Part shown: positions 58,173 through 64,000 of the stretch, one piece after another
How positions within the stretch are numbered: the first letter of the stretch is position 1
Layout: the number at the start of each line of letters is the position of its first letter
From: Amphiscolops sp. MND2022
Lineage: Eukaryota
Length of the DNA: 64,000 bases
NCBI GenBank assembly: GCA_964187785.1
Contig: OZ076409.1
Location: 17,114,001 to 17,178,000, forward strand
Direction: 5' to 3'
Notes under the pieces: model-generated
Told to the model about the DNA's origin: nothing
Database searches by the model: none
The model's input: the letters and a program-made list of their open reading frames with translations, nothing else
Translations under genes and position numbers: made by a program

Positions 58173-59629
58173 ACGGTTTTTGCTCCCGCGAAGCGTTTAA
58201 AATAGATTAGGTACTTCTCCTCACCTAATATGGGGTCATATACGGTGTATGCACGCTCGCCCTCACCGTCGCAAAGACCAGCTCCCACTACGATCGCTTC
58301 GCAATCTCCGGCAATTCAGCAAATTCAAAGGGACAATTTGCCAAAAAATATTCGGCAAATTGTCCCTAACCCCTATCACAGTCGACAGGTAGAAATTTTT
58401 AAAGCTGCAATGATATAGAGGTTTTTGAAAACCAGTGCCGCAAATGCGGTAAAGGAGTCGGCTTAGGTCTTTTTGAGAAATAAAAAAGACAATGCAATTT
58501 TGAAAAGCTTTTCGATCCTTGAACAGATCATCATCAGTCATGTTTGTCTAAAAATTATAAAAGACATCAAACGATACAGTCACAATAGAAATACAATGAG
58601 TTGTAACTGATATACGACAGCGAGCTGTCAGGAACACCATAGGTCGGAAGGGATGGGGCGGTTTCAGAATGCATAAGAGAGGGCTCTACTGCGGAACTCG
58701 TCTCGAGTATTATTGCAAGGTCTTTTTCCTTCTGACTCGCTCCAATCCCAGAATCATACGAATTCATTGAAATTGCACAGAAAGGGCCATACTATGGTGT
58801 AGAAAATGACTAGAAATGTTTGTTCGAAACGTATGGAAAGTTTTTGAGAAAATCGAAAAATGGCGGTTTTTTTGGCCAATTTTGGTTAATTTTGGCTATG
58901 TTTCTCACATCAAAGACATACGAGTTTAATGAAATTGCACATAAAGGACCATAATATAGTGTAGAATGACTGTAGAAAAATTTGTTCGAATCGTTTTTGA
59001 GAAAACGGACAGTTTTTGAAAAAAATCGAAAAATGACTTTTTTGGCCATTTTTGGGCTAGTTTTCGCTGGGTGGGCGGAAATAGGTTGAAGGAACGGGAT
59101 CGAAACTCAGAGTTAGTCCTCGGGTCGACATACCAAATTTTTGAATGGGATCGAAACAACTCGGATCGAAATTTTCATTTTTGGGAAACAAATCGAATTG
59201 CCCCAGATTTTATAGAAATCGCCCCAGATCGAATTTTATAGAAAGGTATAAAACGTGTCTCGGATATGTCCCCATTTCCTCTAGTGCCCCGCGGCCCCTT
59301 GAGGCCGCTTAGGTTCCCATCCTGCTAAGCGAGGTCGAACAGGAGCAAAGTCTTAGCGGGAACGGAGATCGCGAAGCGATCGTAGTGGGAACTGGTCTAA
59401 TTTGGCTAATTTTCGGCTAACTTTGGCTATGTTTCTCACATCCCAGCCATACAATTTTGATGCCATTGCACATGCAGGGGCCCCTTTGGGTTTAGAATGA
59501 CTGTGCAAACTTTCGTGACAGTTTTTGAGAAATTTGAAGTTTTCATGAAGAGCTTGGGAGAAAAAAAAACAAAAAACAGCACGGTTGCATAAGTAGTCGA
59601 AATTTTTTTCCGACTCCTAAAATTGAAGT

Positions 59630-60985
59630 TTATGTAACAAATTCCTTCGAACGCATCTCTGTCGCTTACAGTTCCTAGATCACAAGCCGCATTGCCGATC
59701 TGAAGAGCCATTGAAATCCGCTGCTTCAAAAAGCTGCCAGCTCGTTGATCGTCGTGCGAACGACAGAGAATTTTTCAGAGACGCGTGATGAAAATTTCAC
59801 TGCTCTAGCATGAAGAACCCTGTACTTCCAAGGCCACCGGAAAAAAACCATTGAAAAATGTATCTATTGTCTATTAATTCGCGATACCTTTCAATTTTAC
59901 GCGCTTCAGCCTCGGTGGCGGTGATTCCCGGGTTGCATGAAGAGGCTTGATTCAGGCGACTGGGTGCAAGAGCATCCACAACCGTGGCATCCCACACCAG
60001 CTGTTTACCCATTTTCCAAGGAATCATGGTAACACAGTCTGAGCGTTTGCCATTAATTCGGTACAGTGCACGCGGCTGAAGCATTGAAGGCAAGTCGAGA
60101 GATCCCAACGTCTGCTTCATGAGAGAATTGAGAGTAGCATGGCGTGAGAAGCGACCAGCACTCTTGGTGCAAGAAAGACCGTGTAAACTGTCCAGTTCAA
60201 CTCTTTTGCCACAGTGGCACGTATATGCGCAACACAAATGTTGGCTCCGAGACGTAAAACCAATTGAAATCCGAAGTTGCTGATCATCAAGTTTCAGGCC
60301 TAGGTTCTTACAAGGAACGACGTTCAGCCATTGAGACCCGAATTTGCCTTGATGAGCGTTTAAAACTTTCGAACGTTTGTCATCCATTCTATAAATCAAT
60401 TCTTGGGCGGTTTTGATGAAGACAGGTTGTGTCCACTTTTTCTGGGTTCCATCGAGAGGACTTTCCTGTTCATTCGTCAAACTCAACCACTTCTCAAGCG
60501 CTTTTGTAAACGAAACATCCGAATGTTTCCGAGAAATCGTCGTAAGTCACTCGCACCAAAAGTTGAGGCCAGAAAGCCGGGAAGTGCTAATATTGATGCG
60601 GATGAAACCCCAAGACCACCCATCTCAGCAGCCAGAGCCAGCTGAGTACCCGAAATATCGTCGAAGTTCACGTTACACACTTTGGAAATCCCGTCGCGTA
60701 CGGTTTTGTCATACTCATAGTTTGCCAAGAGAGCTGGGTGATTAAAACATGTACTGGTTCTCAGGAAGTGCAACAATTTTGGCAGACTGAAGCAATTTTT
60801 CAACATAAAAAAACCATAGTGCCCATCTAGCTTTTCAACAATTCCATTAACTTTTTCAAGTTCATCGATTTACTTTTCTAATAAGTCTGCTTGTAACTTC
60901 GGCCCGAGTGGTGAACCAAAGATGATAAGTTCATATTTTTTTGGTGTTTTGATCCTAGGGCAAAGTTTTTGGAAAGATGCTAAAA
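59630..60985 (-). pseudogene. 5'-truncated CRE-like non-LTR retrotransposon with a restriction-like endonuclease
   Basis: EMGGLGV; SQWLNVVP...LGLKL; CHCG...HGLSC...RFSRHATLN; GKRSD..TMIPW..GKQLVWDATVVD; QRISMALQIGNAAC. Frameshifted. Confidence 0.75.
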
Positions 60986-61004
60986 TTCTTTCATTTTATG
61001 TTAC

Positions 61005-61797
61005 TGTGTATACAGCCCCAGTTAACCCACCAACAAACTTTCGCAATGGTGAGCGGAAACAGGGTTTTCACAGTATCACATGTCGTGCCTGTGAGTAAAC
61101 AATGAAGTTCTTTTTGTTTTGATTATACTCGATAATAAATTATAATCCAATTTATACATCTATAAACATACGTCTAAATTAAGCCCATATTTGCGGGCGA
61201 ATGTTAAGTCAAACAGTTGTAACTGGAGTAAAGTTAGTATTTATAGTTCAGCAGCCAAAAGCATTGTGATTTATTGCAGTTTCTTGGTTTTTAGAAGGAA
61301 AGTTTCGAAGGAAGAGCAGTCTTTGGTTCTCTTAAGACTAAGAGTTTGCAGGCTATGGGGTTTGTTGTTGTCATGCAGGGTACAACTGAAGAAATAGTTG
61401 AAAGCAATTTCTTCAGATAATACACAGGAGCACATGGGTAATGCACGTTTACACATTTTCCACGAAATTTCAATATACCTTGGAGAATTGCCGAAGAGAA
61501 GTTGGCATATCTTATTTGCTTCCCAGGGATGGCCGTTTACCAAGGGACTGACTGTAGAGCCAGAACGTTGTACAAGATAGTGTTTCAAGAAGCAGGTATT
61601 CGTAGGACACCGCCAACGTTGATTCCACATTCTGTTTATATATTCAGCTTCCATTTCATTATTGTAAAAACAAGCATCATTGTTAATGTAAAAGTATTTA
61701 GGATATCTACTCAGTCAGCATTGAAGGTTATGCGCAGTGCTTTTAACTAGGAGAGCTTCAGCATGAGCTGTTGAGACGATCTCATGCTGTATAAACA
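61005..61797. mobile_element. 793-bp segment with 12-bp inverted ends (solo LTR or TIR element)
   Basis: TGTGTATACAGC...GCTGTATAAACA (11/12 inverted match); no TSD seen. Confidence 0.4.
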
Positions 61798-61800
61798 AGA

Positions 61801-64000
61801 TGTATGAAAATAACTAATTTCTAGTCAGATGCTTAGGCTTATCAGTAAAGCCCCTGGGCCACCATAATCTAAAAACAAAGCAAATCTTTAAAAATCGACA
61901 GAACACAAATGGACTAAATATAAATATCGAACATCCTCCTTTCCCACGTTATCAATCGTAATCCTTCAGCCACTTTGGTCTTTTGGTAACACGGCCGCTT
62001 CGGGTAGTCGCTGAGTTTGATTTTAGTGAACTAGTAGAAGGAGGCAATTTTCTAGTATTGGGTTTGACGAAAGCGAACTGATTATTTGTTTCCGTGGATT
62101 GGTCAATGTGTGTGGCAGATAGATTTTCGTCTTGAATTTCTCGTTCGTCTGTGGATTCTGGAAGGACAGGCGTTGTTGGATCCGCTTCCTTCTTTCCTTT
62201 ATCGTGACTATCGTGGCTTTCCTGTAAATCGCATCTAGGTGTAACTTACCAGGTGACTCAGCTAAGTTTTCTTGGGTTAGAAGAAGGTCTCTCCTGTTTC
62301 GCCTGATCACTTTTCCGTCTTCAAATTTGACAATATACGACCTGGGGGTTACTTCTTTTCTTTTGATTTGATGACTCCCTTTCTGGCCCAGTTGTTTTCG
62401 GAGACTCTATAGCGAACTGCGTCTCCTTCTTTTAATTCTGGTAGATCACGGGCTGTCTTGTTATTTTATTCTGATGTCTTATTCCGGCCAGGGGCTTGTT
62501 CTTTTTGACCACAGGTCCACTCGCCTCGACTTAAAACTGGTAATCGATTCAGGATATTTTCGCTCGTTGATAAAAATGACGGTGATCTTCCAAATTTGTC
62601 AGAGCACAGTGGCGATGTTCTGTACGCAAGTAGCGCAAGATATGGGTCAGTGCTGTCAACATTTGCTTCCTTTAGCAACTGTTTAACGGCTTGAACTGAT
62701 CGTTCCCATATACCTTGAGGATGATGTGGACTCGCTGTTTTCAAGGTGAACTCCCATTTATCAGCAAACTCGTGAAACTCGGCACAATTAAACGGCATGT
62801 TGACGCCGCAAAATTCCCGAGGTGTACTTCTTTTAGCAAATACAGACTTCCATTGAGCAAAACCGCTTGATGCTGTTTTGTCTGTTAATCGTCTGACTAT
62901 TGGAAAGGATGAGAAATAGTCAACTACAAGTAGATAGTCATTGCCTTTTAAATGAAAAATATCCGCCGCTATTTGTTCCCAGCTGCCTCTAACTGAGTCA
63001 ACTTGCGGAATGAGGGTTTCTTTCTGTTGGCGATTCCACTGAACTTGACACGTTTTGCACTGCTTCACATTACTTTCAATCTGTGTATTGAGTCTTGGCG
63101 CGAGCTTTGGATATGTCCATGCCTAAATGCCCTTCGTGTGTACGTGACAAACCTCGGCTCTCATCGACCGTGGAATAACGATTCTTTCACCGTAGAGTAT
63201 AATACCTTCGTGGTGGGTGGGAGGACAGGCTTCGTATATTTTTGAATGTTCGCAAATCGGTGTTAATTTGTTCTGGCCATCCATGAACCATATAATTGAG
63301 TACGTCTATTAATTCTTGATCTGACGCTGTGTGCTCGCGTATTTTGTCTTCTATTTGTTGGTTGGGAAAAACTGATATAACCACGTTTTGTATCCTCAAT
63401 TCCGCTTCTTCATCCTCCGTCAATTTCAATTGCTCATCCATGAGTGGCTTCGTGATAGCGTGTCTGGAACGGGAATACTGTTGCCATGGGCATTACAAAC
63501 GACGAAGTCGTACCGTTGCAGTCGCAAAAGATGTCGCTGAATTCTAGGTGGATTTTCGTGTAAATGTTTCTTGAAGATTGACTTTAGCGGTTGATGATCT
63601 GAATGTACTTCGAGAGTAAGTCCAGAATGGTACTCAAGAAAACGTTCACACGCGATTACACGATGGCTAGCGTTTCTTTTTCAATCTGGGCATATCGTTT
63701 TTCGGTTTCTGTTAGGGCTATAGCTGCGTAGGAGTGGCTTCAACTCCTCCTCCAGTCGCTGCTCTAGCATTGCTCCGAGTGCTCCAGGTCCCATCGACGC
63801 ATCTGGTGTTACCCTCGTCGGTGCTTTGGGATAAAAAAAACGAGAACGGGTGATTGAGTTACCAATTCGACTTGGTGTTGTTGTAGCCAGTCCCAGTCGT
63901 CATCGGATCGGAGCAGATTGCAAAAATTTTCATTTTCTGCTGAAATAGTCTTTATGAATTTGCGCCGGTAATTTACCATGCCTAAAAAGCGTCTCAGCTC
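61801..64000 (-). mobile_element. Decayed Ty3/gypsy 3' half (RNase H, integrase, PPT, start of 3' LTR), continuing past the window end
   Basis: LTETEKRYAQIEKE and SDHQPL (RNase H); WEQIAADIF..YLLVVDYFS and ERSVQAVK (integrase); TRSGRVTKRPKWLKDYD*; PPT GGGAAAGGAGGA (61945-61934) followed by TGT at 61933. Confidence 0.85.

Overview
Repeat-rich animal (probably invertebrate) genomic DNA, not prokaryotic. Two host genes, both on the minus strand: an intron-containing DEG/ENaC-family channel (~6.4-11.9 kb) and a single-ORF Asx/ASXL-like gene (54.5-57.3 kb; HARE-HTH + DEUBAD, no PHD finger visible). The rest is mostly nested mobile DNA: a structurally complete 5.8-kb Ty3/gypsy element (12117-17922, TSD TCAGG), a near full-length CR1/L2-type LINE, a CRE-like RLE non-LTR remnant, decayed LTR-element remnants at both window ends, a tRNA-derived SINE and many Helentron/HINE-like repeats. 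The standout is a 16.2-kb Ty3/gypsy element (20819-37016, ~1.74-kb near-identical LTRs, TSD CGCAT). Its gag starts inside the LTR and reads through the PBS. It carries an antisense five-exon, ~1,350-codon gene resembling a catalytically degenerate hAT transposase, plus a divergent sense ORF that ends inside the 3' LTR where a polypurine tract would be expected. All family assignments come from motif recognition by eye; no searches were run.
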